Assembly: GCA_013696105.1 (NCBI GenBank)
Contig: JACCZE010000336.1
Span: 7,865 to 71,864 of the forward strand
Source: Planctomycetota bacterium
GTDB taxonomy: Bacteria; Planctomycetota; UBA11346
DNA length: 64,000 bases
Direction of reading: 5' to 3'
The notes beneath the pieces are model-generated. The model worked only from the letters and a program-made list of their open reading frames with translations. It did no database searches and had not been told where the DNA came from. The position numbers and the translations under genes are program-made. Below, piece by piece: positions 30,155 through 38,679 of this stretch (positions within the stretch are counted from its first letter, which is position 1; the number at the start of each line of letters is the position of its first letter).

Positions 30155-30625
30155 CTATCTCGTCGCGGCCGCGACCTTGAACACCAGCTTGCGATAACGG
30201 ACTTCCGAGCCGGCGGGATGGCAGCAGGGCTTGTGCGCGTCCGCCGGCCAGAAGATCGCGAATTCCTGCGGCCGCACCAGCAGCCGCGTGGGCACGCCGG
30301 GAGGCTGGTGGTAGAAGCGGATGTCGCCATCGGGAGCGAAGTCGTCGCTGGGCGCGAGGTCGCGCATCGGCATCCACTCCATGATCTCGGATCCGGCGAG
30401 ATTAACCTGGATGTCGATGTAGCGGCGGTGCGATTCGAAGCGCTTGTCCTCGGCTGCGCGCGTGACTCCGGACTCGACGATCACGAACAGGTCCTCGCCG
30501 CAGAGCGGATAGCGGCCGTCGGCGCAGGTGCGGGCCTCGTCGCGCCCGCACCAGGCGAACGCCTGTGCGAACAGGGGATGCAGGTGCGCGTAGCGCGCAG
30601 CGTTGGCCAGCGTGTCGAGGATCAT
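30155..30625 (-). CDS. YhcH/YjgK/YiaL family protein (DUF386 cupin-like; sialic-acid-catabolism-associated in E. coli)
   Basis: Near collinear with E. coli YhcH: GRYPL.GEDLFVIV, YIDIQ, FAIFWPADAHKPCC and RKLVFKV. The start ATG overlaps the ACP stop as ATGA. Confidence 0.8.
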   Translation of the reverse strand: MILDTLANAARYAHLHPLFAQAFAWCGRDEARTCADGRYPLCGEDLFVIVESGVTRAAEDKRFESHRRYIDIQVNLAGSEIMEWMPMRDLAPSDDFAPDGDIRFYHQPPGVPTRLLVRPQEFAIFWPADAHKPCCHPAGSEVRYRKLVFKVAAATR

Positions 30626-30882
30626 GCCTTCGCGGGCTGCGAGCGGATGAACGCGTCGAGCGCGGCGAGGCTCGCGAACGCCTTCTTGCCGACATCCATG
30701 TTGCCGATGCGCACGCCGTAGTTGCGCTCGACGATCACCGCCAGCTCGAGCGCGTCGATCGAATCGAGGCCGAGGCCCTCGCCGAACAGCGGGGCGTCGG
30801 GAACGATGTCCGCAGGCGACATGCCTTCGAGGTTCAATCCGGTGATGATCTGCTGCGCCAGTTTCAGCTGCGATTCGCTCAT
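30622..30882 (-). CDS. Acyl carrier protein
   Basis: 86 aa with the phosphopantetheine attachment motif LGLDSIDALEL. Confidence 0.8.
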   Translation of the reverse strand: MSESQLKLAQQIITGLNLEGMSPADIVPDAPLFGEGLGLDSIDALELAVIVERNYGVRIGNMDVGKKAFASLAALDAFIRSQPAKA

Positions 30883-30965
30883 CGCGCGGAGGGTACGTCC
30901 GGCGTCGGCAAGACAACTGGGGGACATGGCGCTCGGTGTCGCCAGATCGGCCAGGATGGAAGCGA

Positions 30966-32519
30966 TCAGCGGTCAGCGACCCAGGTCTCGGCCCAGGCGC
31001 TGAGGGAGCGGTCGGCCTCGACGCGTGCCAGGAGCACGGCTGGACATCCATCGGCGATCAGGTCCTGGGCGATGGCCCGGCCCTGGTCGTCGCTTGCGCC
31101 GAGGATGGTGCACCCCGGGCCGGTGATGCGCAGGCGGATGCTCAGCTCGCCGACCGGCGCGCTCGGAAGCGTATACGGGAAGCGCTGGGGATCGGCGCCC
31201 CGCTCGCGACGGTTGCGTTCGAACGACCGGTCGCTGGCCGCGCAGCCGGCCTCGGTCAGCAATACGACCCCGGTGTCGGCGGGCAGCTCGCCCGATTCCA
31301 TGGCCAGGACGATGAGCGCCCGGCAGGCGAGATCCATGCGTCCCCACATCGGATCGACGCGGCCGATGATCTCGAGCGCGGTCATGCGTGGCAGGCCGTC
31401 GTCTCCGAATTCGCGCCAGGTGCCGGTCTCGTCCTGGTGCCGCCAGCCGCGCGCGTCCATGTCGATGCGGCGGCGCAGTCGGGCCCGGACCGCAGCGCGC
31501 GCCGGAGCCGGGCGGTCGCCGATCACGACCACGCCATTGATGCCGCCGAACCCCGCATTCGCCGAGAGGATCGATCCCGCCGCGAGCGCGTGGACGCCCG
31601 GAGGAAGGACGGTGATCGCACCCGCGCAGCCTTGCTGACGCAGGTTGACCGTGCCGGGAGTCGCGCCACGCGCGCGCGCCGCAGCGGCGATCGCGAATTC
31701 GGCGAGGCCGCACGCACCCAGGCTGTGCCCGAGCAGGCCCTTGATCGCAGTGACGGGTACGCGCGGACAGGTCGCCGCATACGCCAGGCTCTCACTGTCG
31801 TCGTTGTAGCGCGTGCCGGTGCCGTGGGCGACGATGAGCGCGAGGGGCGAATCTCCAGCGCGCGCGATCGCCGCGTTGCACGCCCGCGACACGCCGCTGC
31901 CGTCGCGCGTCGGCCCGGTGAGGTGGTTGGCATCCAGGCTCGCACCCCACCCCTGCAGATGCAGAGATCCGCCATCGTCGTCTGCGGACAGCACCACCGC
32001 GCCAGCGACCTCGCCGAGCGCCAAACCGGCGCGCTCGGCATCGAAGGGATGGCTGCCGGTCGGGTCGAGCGCGCGCAGCGCCGCGAATCCATCGCTGATG
32101 AACGGGCCGATACGGTCCCCCGCCAGCACCAGGACCCGCCGGGCGCGACCGCTCGCGAGCCAGCGCGCCGCCACGCCGCATGCGATCGGCGAACTGGCGC
32201 ATGCTGCGCTCACGGCGAAGGCCGGCGCCGCGAAGTGCTTGCCGAGTTCCGTCGCGACCTGCGCGGGTCCCCCGGCATAGCCTGCACCGCTGATCAAGCT
32301 GTCGCACCAGGGCCCGAGGTCGCCTTTGGTGGTCGCGAAGACGACCAGATCGGGTCGAGCGCCGGCGAGTGCTTCGTTCCCGATGCGGATCAGGGTCTCG
32401 ACCAGTCCCCCCGGCAGCGCCAGTGGTGCGGTGGAGGCGACGCCGGCATCGAGCGCGGCCAGCGTCGCAGCGAGGTCGCCGACGGGCGTGGCGAGGGAGG
32501 TTCCGGCGATGCGCGGCAT
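30966..32519 (-). CDS. Beta-ketoacyl-ACP synthase (KS) with a short N-terminus, fused to a C-terminal Cys-less chain-length-factor-like half domain
   Basis: KS active-site Cys in AVSAACASS, His in AHGTGT and GHSLGACG, and the C-terminal NAGFGGINGVVVI. A further 180 aa or so resembles the KS N-terminal half, with FPYTLPSAPVGELSIRLRITGPGCTILGASDD and the catalytic Cys position replaced. The start is at the Met at 32519. The upper 640 nt of the track ORF were rejected. Confidence 0.8.
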   Translation of the reverse strand: MPRIAGTSLATPVGDLAATLAALDAGVASTAPLALPGGLVETLIRIGNEALAGARPDLVVFATTKGDLGPWCDSLISGAGYAGGPAQVATELGKHFAAPAFAVSAACASSPIACGVAARWLASGRARRVLVLAGDRIGPFISDGFAALRALDPTGSHPFDAERAGLALGEVAGAVVLSADDDGGSLHLQGWGASLDANHLTGPTRDGSGVSRACNAAIARAGDSPLALIVAHGTGTRYNDDSESLAYAATCPRVPVTAIKGLLGHSLGACGLAEFAIAAAARARGATPGTVNLRQQGCAGAITVLPPGVHALAAGSILSANAGFGGINGVVVIGDRPAPARAAVRARLRRRIDMDARGWRHQDETGTWREFGDDGLPRMTALEIIGRVDPMWGRMDLACRALIVLAMESGELPADTGVVLLTEAGCAASDRSFERNRRERGADPQRFPYTLPSAPVGELSIRLRITGPGCTILGASDDQGRAIAQDLIADGCPAVLLARVEADRSLSAWAETWVADR

Positions 32520-32607
32520 GACTGCAGGGTCGAGCCGCCGGTGGCATGGGCAAGGGGCGCGGCCAGTTTCCGGTGTCCTCGCCGTTCCCAGGGCGTATTC
32601 CGCGCCG

Positions 32608-34137
32608 ATGTCCCCGTCCATCGCCTGGATCAGCGGCGCGGCCTTGCCCGCCGATCGGCCGTCCACGCTCGGGGAGCTGTTCTCCCGATGCGTCGCTCGC
32701 TTGGGATCCACCACGGTGCTCGTCGATGGCGAGCTGGGGCTCTCCTGGCAGGACCTGGACCTGTGGTCGGGGCGGATCGCGGCCGCGCTGGCGGATCGGG
32801 TCGCACCCGGAGAACGCATCGCCATCCTCGCGCCCAACGGCGCGGCGCACCTGCTGGTGGAGCTGGCGGCGTGGCGACTGGCGGCAGTGGCCGCGCCGAT
32901 CTTCACGGGATTCGGCCAGCAGCGACTGCGCGCGCTGGTGGCGGAACTCGATCCACGCGTCGTGGTGGTCGCCGATCCTGCGCACGCGGCGTGCGCACCG
33001 CCCGGGGCGGAGATCATCTCGACCGCGCGGGTGCTCGAGTGGGCGCGCTCCTCGGTGCGTGGCATCGATCGACCCGCGTCGGCGCGGACGCCGTGCCTCA
33101 TCCAATTCACCAGTGGATCCACCGGCGCGCCGCGCGGCGTGGTGCTGTGCCACGACAACCTCGCGAGCCAGCAGGCGGCGTTCGCGCAGTTGTGGCCGGA
33201 GATCGGAGCCGGAGATCGCCTCGCGTCCTACCTGCCCTGGCATCACAGCTTCGGCGCGCTCGCCGAGCGGCTGTGGGCGCTGTGCCGCGGGGCGACCATC
33301 ACCGTCGTGCCCGGCGGTGGCCGTGATCGCCAGCGTTTCGTCGACACGGTGCGCGCCGTGCGCCCGACCGTCTTCATGAGCGTGCCGAAGATGCACGCCG
33401 TTGCGCTGGGCGAACACGCTCTGGACGCGCGCGCGCTGCGCTGGGCGTTCACCGCCGGCGCACCGCTGCCCGAGGAGCTGTTCGCCGCCTACCAGCGCCT
33501 GGGTGCCCCGGTCTACGAAGGCTGGGGTCTGACCGAGACCAGTCCCAGCGCCACCATCACGCCTCCCGGATCGCGCCACCATCCAGGAGTGGTCGGCGTC
33601 CCGATCCCCGGCGTCGAGGTCGGCGTCGAAGCTGACACCGGCCGCATCCTGGTGCGCGGTCCCAATGTCATGCTCGGATACCACCGCCGCGAAGCGCCGA
33701 CGCTGGTGGATGGCGGGCTGGACAGCGGCGACCTCGGACGCTGGTCGGATCACGGCCTGGTGCTGACCGGGCGTGCGGATCAGGTGCTGAAGCTCGGCAA
33801 TGGCGAGAAGGTCGCCGCTGCCGAGATCGAGGCGGCGCTGCTCGCGCATCCCTCGGTCCATCACGCGGTGGTCGCTGCCGATGGTGAGCTCATCGCTCTA
33901 CTCGATGCGCACGCCGGCCATCGGATGAGCGCCCTGGCCGACGCCGTGCGCGCGGCGAATGCGGCCGAACCCGTCCCGTATCGACGTATAGCGCGCGCCT
34001 ACGCCCTGTCGCGGCCGTGCACCATCGAGAACGGCCAATTGACCGCGTCGATGAAGGTCGCGCGCGGCGCCGTCCTCTCGATGTGGTCGCGGTGGACCTC
34101 CGAGGGTGGAGCGGAAGTCGTCGCGATCGCGCTGTAG
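32608..34137 (+). CDS. AMP-dependent synthetase/ligase (acyl-CoA or acyl-ACP synthetase-like)
   Basis: FTSGSTGAPRGVVLCH (A3 P-loop), YEGWGLTETS (A5) and GRADQVLKLGNGEKV (A8/A10 region). The start was set at the Met at 32608. Confidence 0.85.
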   Translation: MSPSIAWISGAALPADRPSTLGELFSRCVARLGSTTVLVDGELGLSWQDLDLWSGRIAAALADRVAPGERIAILAPNGAAHLLVELAAWRLAAVAAPIFTGFGQQRLRALVAELDPRVVVVADPAHAACAPPGAEIISTARVLEWARSSVRGIDRPASARTPCLIQFTSGSTGAPRGVVLCHDNLASQQAAFAQLWPEIGAGDRLASYLPWHHSFGALAERLWALCRGATITVVPGGGRDRQRFVDTVRAVRPTVFMSVPKMHAVALGEHALDARALRWAFTAGAPLPEELFAAYQRLGAPVYEGWGLTETSPSATITPPGSRHHPGVVGVPIPGVEVGVEADTGRILVRGPNVMLGYHRREAPTLVDGGLDSGDLGRWSDHGLVLTGRADQVLKLGNGEKVAAAEIEAALLAHPSVHHAVVAADGELIALLDAHAGHRMSALADAVRAANAAEPVPYRRIARAYALSRPCTIENGQLTASMKVARGAVLSMWSRWTSEGGAEVVAIAL

Positions 34138-34239
34138 CGATGTCCATGCGGCAGCCAGCAGCACACCGGCCGTATCACGGTGCTGGTGCTGGTGCTGGTG
34201 CTGTTGGTGATGCTGAGCGCCTCCGAGAGGACGCCGGCG

Positions 34240-34692
34240 TCATCCGTCGCGCGATCCTGGTCGCGTTCCGGAGCGGTCGGCCTCGGAGCGGAGGTCGACG
34301 CGTGGCTGCCCATGAGCCACCGCAGCGAGGACCGCGCGGTGCCAGGGGCTGACGGGAAGACCGGGGAGGGCCGCCCAGGGTGCCGACACCGCGACGTGGC
34401 CGCGCTCGGAGGCCTGCGGGCGCTCGTCCGGCCCGAGCGCGGTACGGAAGAACACGGCAATGAAGCGGTCGCCCTGCCAGAGCTCGCAGCACCGGCTGAA
34501 GCCGGGTGGCCGCCACGCGAGCTCCTCGGCGAGTTCCCGTTCCAGGCACCGTTCCGGGGTCTCGGCGTCGTCGATCCGGCCACCGAAGCAGGTCAGCAGC
34601 GCAGGAGCGTAGCGGGCACCCGGAGGCCGCAGCTGCAGCAGTAGCCAGCCGCGCGCATCCTCGATGACCGCGCAGGCGTACTCGGGAAGCAT
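34240..34692 (-). CDS. NUDIX hydrolase
   Basis: The Nudix box GGRIDDAETPERCLERELAEEL fits GX5EX7REUXEEXGU. Confidence 0.75.
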   Translation of the reverse strand: MLPEYACAVIEDARGWLLLQLRPPGARYAPALLTCFGGRIDDAETPERCLERELAEELAWRPPGFSRCCELWQGDRFIAVFFRTALGPDERPQASERGHVAVSAPWAALPGLPVSPWHRAVLAAVAHGQPRVDLRSEADRSGTRPGSRDG

Positions 34693-34806
34693 GGCGGAGT
34701 ATCCAGCCGCGGATGGCGCCTCAACGCCGATTGCATCGCGCTGGCGTTGTTTTGCCGATCCGTGCTGCGGGCCTTGATCGTGTCCGCGAGCTGGAACCAT
34801 GGTCCC

Positions 34807-36510
34807 ATGCCCACCCTGGTGCAGATCGGCGCCGGAAACATCGGTCGCGGCTTCATCGCGCCGACGTTCGCGCAGGCGGGCTGGTCGGTGGTCCTGGTCG
34901 ACATCGATCGCCGCCGGATCGAGGCGGCCCGCACCCGCGGCCGCTACACCGTCACCGAGGTGGACAACGGCGGATCCCGGTTGGTGCCGGTGGCTCCCGT
35001 GACGGGCGTCGACGCGGCCGACCAGGATGCCGTGGTCGATGTCCTGGCGGCATGCGATCTGGCCTCGACCGCGGTCGGACTCAACGCCCTTGCGCGCCTG
35101 GGTCCGGTGCTCGCGCGTGGTCTGATCGCGCGCTGGGCAGCCGGCCGCGACACCCTGGACGTGCTGCTGTGCGAGAACGGCGCGACGGCGGATGCCATTC
35201 TGCGCGAGGCGGTGATGTCGGCGCTACCGGCGGAACAGCGCGCGCGCGCGCGCGCCAGCCTGGGAATCGTGCGCACCTCGATCGGGCGGATGATCCCTCC
35301 CGGCGATGAGGTGGATGCGTTGGACATCGCGGTCGAGCCGTACGCGCATCTGCCGGTGGATCGCGCCGGATTCGTCGGCGCCATCCCCGTCGTGCCGCAT
35401 CTCGAACCTCGCGCGGATTTCGACCTGGTGCTCGGCCAGAAGCTGTACCTGCACAACCTCACCCACGCCTGCCTGGCCTATGCCGGATGCGCGCGGGGCC
35501 TGGCGACCATCCCCGACTGCATGGAGGACGCCGCGCTCGTGGCTGGCGCGCGCCGTGCAGGCGAGGAGGCGAGCGAGGCGCTCGCTCGCGCGCATGGCGG
35601 AACGGCCGCGGGTCGTGCGCGCGTGCTCGCCGAGTGCACGGACCTGCTCGAGGCGCTGTTCGTACGCTATCGCAACCGCGCCCTCGCCGATCCCGTCGCG
35701 CGGGTCGCCCGGGATCCCGTGCGCAAGCTCGCCGTCGACGACCGGCTGGTGGGTGCCGCACGCCTGTGCCTGGCTCACGGGGTCCAACCGAAGGCCATCC
35801 TCGCCCACATCCTGCTCGCGTGCGACCATATCGTCGCCGCCGACGATCCGGGGGCAGCGCTCTGGCGTTCGCTCCAGGGCCGCGGGGCGCTGGCCACCAT
35901 CGCGGCGATCACCAAGCTTCCACCGGAGGATCCATTCATGCGCGCTCTCGACCTCAGCGATCGCCGCCGCCAAGCCACCCAGTCCATGCGCGCAGCGGGC
36001 CTCGTCATCACCGATCCCGAAGCCGATCTGGTGGAGATCGCCGACTTCGGCCTCGGTCGCTTCGAGCAATTCGGTCTGGCGATCCACGTCTACGTCAACA
36101 CCGCGCGCTGCTGCGCCAAGGAGCTGGTGATGCTGCCGGGACAGATCTGCCCTGAGCACCGGCATCCGCCGATCCCTGGTGGCGCCGCCGAGGGCGGAGA
36201 TCCCGGCAAGGAGGAGACCTTCCGCGTGCGCCAGGGCGAGGTGCACCTGTTCCTGCCTGGACACCACAAGGATGGCGCCGAGCGCACGTTCGCGCTCGGT
36301 CTCGTGCCCGAGGACAAGCGCGATGCCGTGACGGTGTTCAAGCACGTCCACCTGACGCCCGGCAGCCAGTACACGCTCAAGCCCAACACCCCCCACTGGT
36401 TCGTCGCCGGCACGGAGGGGGCGATCGTCAGCGAATTCTCGACGCGCTCGCGCGACGAGGCGGACGTTTTCACCGATCCCGCCATCGTCCGCGTCCCCGA
36501 CCCGGCATGA
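34807..36510 (+). CDS. Fusion protein: mannitol-1-phosphate 5-dehydrogenase-like N-terminal domain plus D-lyxose isomerase-like cupin C-terminal domain
   Basis: The N-terminus VQIGAGNIGRGFI...VLLCENG is collinear with MtlD. The C-terminus KELVMLPGQICPEHRHPPIPGG...GKEETFRVRQGEVHLFLPG matches the D-lyxose/D-mannose isomerase cupin signature. Confidence 0.75.
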   Translation: MPTLVQIGAGNIGRGFIAPTFAQAGWSVVLVDIDRRRIEAARTRGRYTVTEVDNGGSRLVPVAPVTGVDAADQDAVVDVLAACDLASTAVGLNALARLGPVLARGLIARWAAGRDTLDVLLCENGATADAILREAVMSALPAEQRARARASLGIVRTSIGRMIPPGDEVDALDIAVEPYAHLPVDRAGFVGAIPVVPHLEPRADFDLVLGQKLYLHNLTHACLAYAGCARGLATIPDCMEDAALVAGARRAGEEASEALARAHGGTAAGRARVLAECTDLLEALFVRYRNRALADPVARVARDPVRKLAVDDRLVGAARLCLAHGVQPKAILAHILLACDHIVAADDPGAALWRSLQGRGALATIAAITKLPPEDPFMRALDLSDRRRQATQSMRAAGLVITDPEADLVEIADFGLGRFEQFGLAIHVYVNTARCCAKELVMLPGQICPEHRHPPIPGGAAEGGDPGKEETFRVRQGEVHLFLPGHHKDGAERTFALGLVPEDKRDAVTVFKHVHLTPGSQYTLKPNTPHWFVAGTEGAIVSEFSTRSRDEADVFTDPAIVRVPDPA

Positions 36511-37646
36511 CGGCGATCCGCGCGATCCCCGTCGAGGTGCTGCGCCGGTTGGCCGCACGTTTGCACGCGTCCGCACCGCGCGTCGCCCAGCTGCGGCTGG
36601 TCGCCGGGTTCGACGGCTTCGTCGACGAGATGATCTCGGTGGTCGGGACCCGCACCGGCCGCGACGCCTGGACGCGCATGGAATCGATGGCCGAGCTGGC
36701 GCGGGTGATGAGCGCCGCCTCTGGGCGCAACAGCCTGCGCGAGATCGTGGTGCGCAGCCAGGATCCCGGCGGCTGCGCGGTGAATCTCGGCGATGGTCTT
36801 GCCGCATTGGGCGTGGGCGTCGACTTCTTCGGGACCATCGGCTCGCCGCGGCATCCCGCTTTCGACGCGTTCGCGGGTGCCTGCCGTTCGAGCACCGCCC
36901 TGGGACGCTCCTATGGGCGCACGCTCGCCTTCGAATTCGGCGACGGGAAGTTCATGTTCAGCGCGGTCGAGCAGCTCGCCGAGCTCGATCCGCCGCTCTT
37001 CGAGCGCTGCCTCGCCGACGGCTCGTTCACGCGCGCGTGCGCGCAGGCCGGGTTGCTGGCGTTCACCAACTGGACGCTCTATCCGCACATGACCGCCTGC
37101 TGGCGCCTGCTGCACGAGCGCGTGCTGTCGTCGCTCACGCACCATCCCTGGCTATTCCTCGACCTGGTCGATCCCTCGAGTCGGTCCGATGCCGACGTCC
37201 GGGACATGCTCGCGGTGGTCCGCGGTTTCGAAGGCCCGTGCCGGACCGTGCTCGGGGTCAACCTCACCGAGGCGGCGGTGCTCGGGCGCATCGTCGGCCT
37301 GGGCGCACCCAGGCCGGAGTCCCTCGCCGAGCACGCATCCGCGCTGCGCACGACCCTGGGCATCTCGCAGGTGGTCATCCACAACGCCAAGGTCAATGCC
37401 GTCGCCGAGGCCGCGGGCTCGGTGGCATGCGGCGCGGGACCGTTCTGCGAACGTCCGGCGAAGACCACCGGCGCCGGCGACCGTTTCAATGCCGGCTACT
37501 GCCTAGGGCTGCTGCTCGACCTGGAGCCGGAGTCGCGACTGGCCCTGGCCAGCGCCACCAGTGGCTCGTTCATCCGCGCCGCCCACAGCGCGACCCTTGC
37601 GGACACGGCACGCTTCGTCGAGGATTGGGCGAACGGCACCCTGTGA
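36507..37646 (+). CDS. PfkB-family carbohydrate kinase (ribokinase-like fold)
   Basis: The C-terminal anion-hole motif TTGAGDRFNAG. The start overlaps the upstream stop as ATGA. Confidence 0.8.
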   Translation: MTAIRAIPVEVLRRLAARLHASAPRVAQLRLVAGFDGFVDEMISVVGTRTGRDAWTRMESMAELARVMSAASGRNSLREIVVRSQDPGGCAVNLGDGLAALGVGVDFFGTIGSPRHPAFDAFAGACRSSTALGRSYGRTLAFEFGDGKFMFSAVEQLAELDPPLFERCLADGSFTRACAQAGLLAFTNWTLYPHMTACWRLLHERVLSSLTHHPWLFLDLVDPSSRSDADVRDMLAVVRGFEGPCRTVLGVNLTEAAVLGRIVGLGAPRPESLAEHASALRTTLGISQVVIHNAKVNAVAEAAGSVACGAGPFCERPAKTTGAGDRFNAGYCLGLLLDLEPESRLALASATSGSFIRAAHSATLADTARFVEDWANGTL

Positions 37647-38554
37647 CCCAACCTCCGCATCGACGTCCGACCCAACACGATCGCCCACCGCGTCCGCAGC
37701 GCCCCGACCGTCCCCGGCGTCCGGATCGACCGCAGCGGTCTGACGAGCGACGCGTCCAGGCGGTCAGGCCGGGCGTCCCCAATGATCCGCAGCAGCACGA
37801 CCTGCACCCGGATGCGGCGGCGGCGGTGGTCGCGAACGCGCACCTGCCCCCGCGCGAGGTGGTGTTGGAGGTGGGTGCCGGGCGCGGCGCCCTCACCGCC
37901 GCGCTGCTGAAGGCCAAGGCCGTGGTGCACGCGATCGAACGCGATCCCGAACGCTGCCGGCACCTGGAGCAGCGCTTCGCCCAGGAGATCACGCGCGGTT
38001 CGTTGATCATCCATTCCGGCGATGCGCTGGCCATCGCTCCAGCGCTCACTGGTCCCTGGCGGGTGGTGGCCAATCCGCCCTTCAACCTGACCTCGTCGCT
38101 GGTGCGGCGCTGGCTGCTGAACCCGCCCGGAGATCCGCCGACGGCGATCGACGTGGTGCTGCAGTACGAAGCCGGGAAGAAGCTGTGCGGCAGCGACGGA
38201 GCGCACACCCGCTCCAGCCCACTGATGCGGCTGATCGGCAAGCCGTGGATCTCGATGCGCCTGTCCCGCGAGCAGGTCGATCCCCCGAGCCGGGTCAGCC
38301 TGTGCGTGTGGTCGTTGCGGCGCGTGCCGACCTCCCCGCCGGTCGAGGAAGCGCGGCGCATCGACCGCCTGCTCGAGCACGCTTTCGCGGGTCCGCACAC
38401 CGTGACCGAGGCCCTGCGCGGCATCGCGACCAATGTCCAGCTGCGCCGCCAGGGGCAGGAACACGGTTGGGACCCGAATGCCCATGCGCGCACCCTGCGG
38501 CCCTCCGCGTGGCGGCATCTGGCGACGCTGCTGGCGCAGTGCGGGAAATTATAG
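37643..38554 (+). CDS. rRNA adenine N6-methyltransferase family protein (Erm/KsgA-like; resembles short actinobacterial Erm(37)-type) with a Pro/Arg-rich N-terminal extension
   Basis: VLEVGAGRGALTAALL (motif I), an acidic IERD residue and VVANPPFNLTSS (motif IV NPPF). The proposed GTG start overlaps the kinase stop as GTGA. The start could lie further downstream. Confidence 0.6.
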   Translation: MTQPPHRRPTQHDRPPRPQRPDRPRRPDRPQRSDERRVQAVRPGVPNDPQQHDLHPDAAAAVVANAHLPPREVVLEVGAGRGALTAALLKAKAVVHAIERDPERCRHLEQRFAQEITRGSLIIHSGDALAIAPALTGPWRVVANPPFNLTSSLVRRWLLNPPGDPPTAIDVVLQYEAGKKLCGSDGAHTRSSPLMRLIGKPWISMRLSREQVDPPSRVSLCVWSLRRVPTSPPVEEARRIDRLLEHAFAGPHTVTEALRGIATNVQLRRQGQEHGWDPNAHARTLRPSAWRHLATLLAQCGKL

Positions 38555-38679
38555 CGGACAGATGGTTGCTGGTGGTATGTGGATGGTGGTGACATCCGTC
38601 TGATCGGGGTCTGCGAATCACCGGTGACTGTCCACCACCGACCACCAACCTTTTCTACCCCGCATTCCATCCTATCCTC

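Noticed and set aside
30936-33864. 796-aa plus and 690-aa minus ORFs
   Set aside because: They are antisense to the KS and the AMP-ligase respectively, which both carry complete catalytic motif sets.
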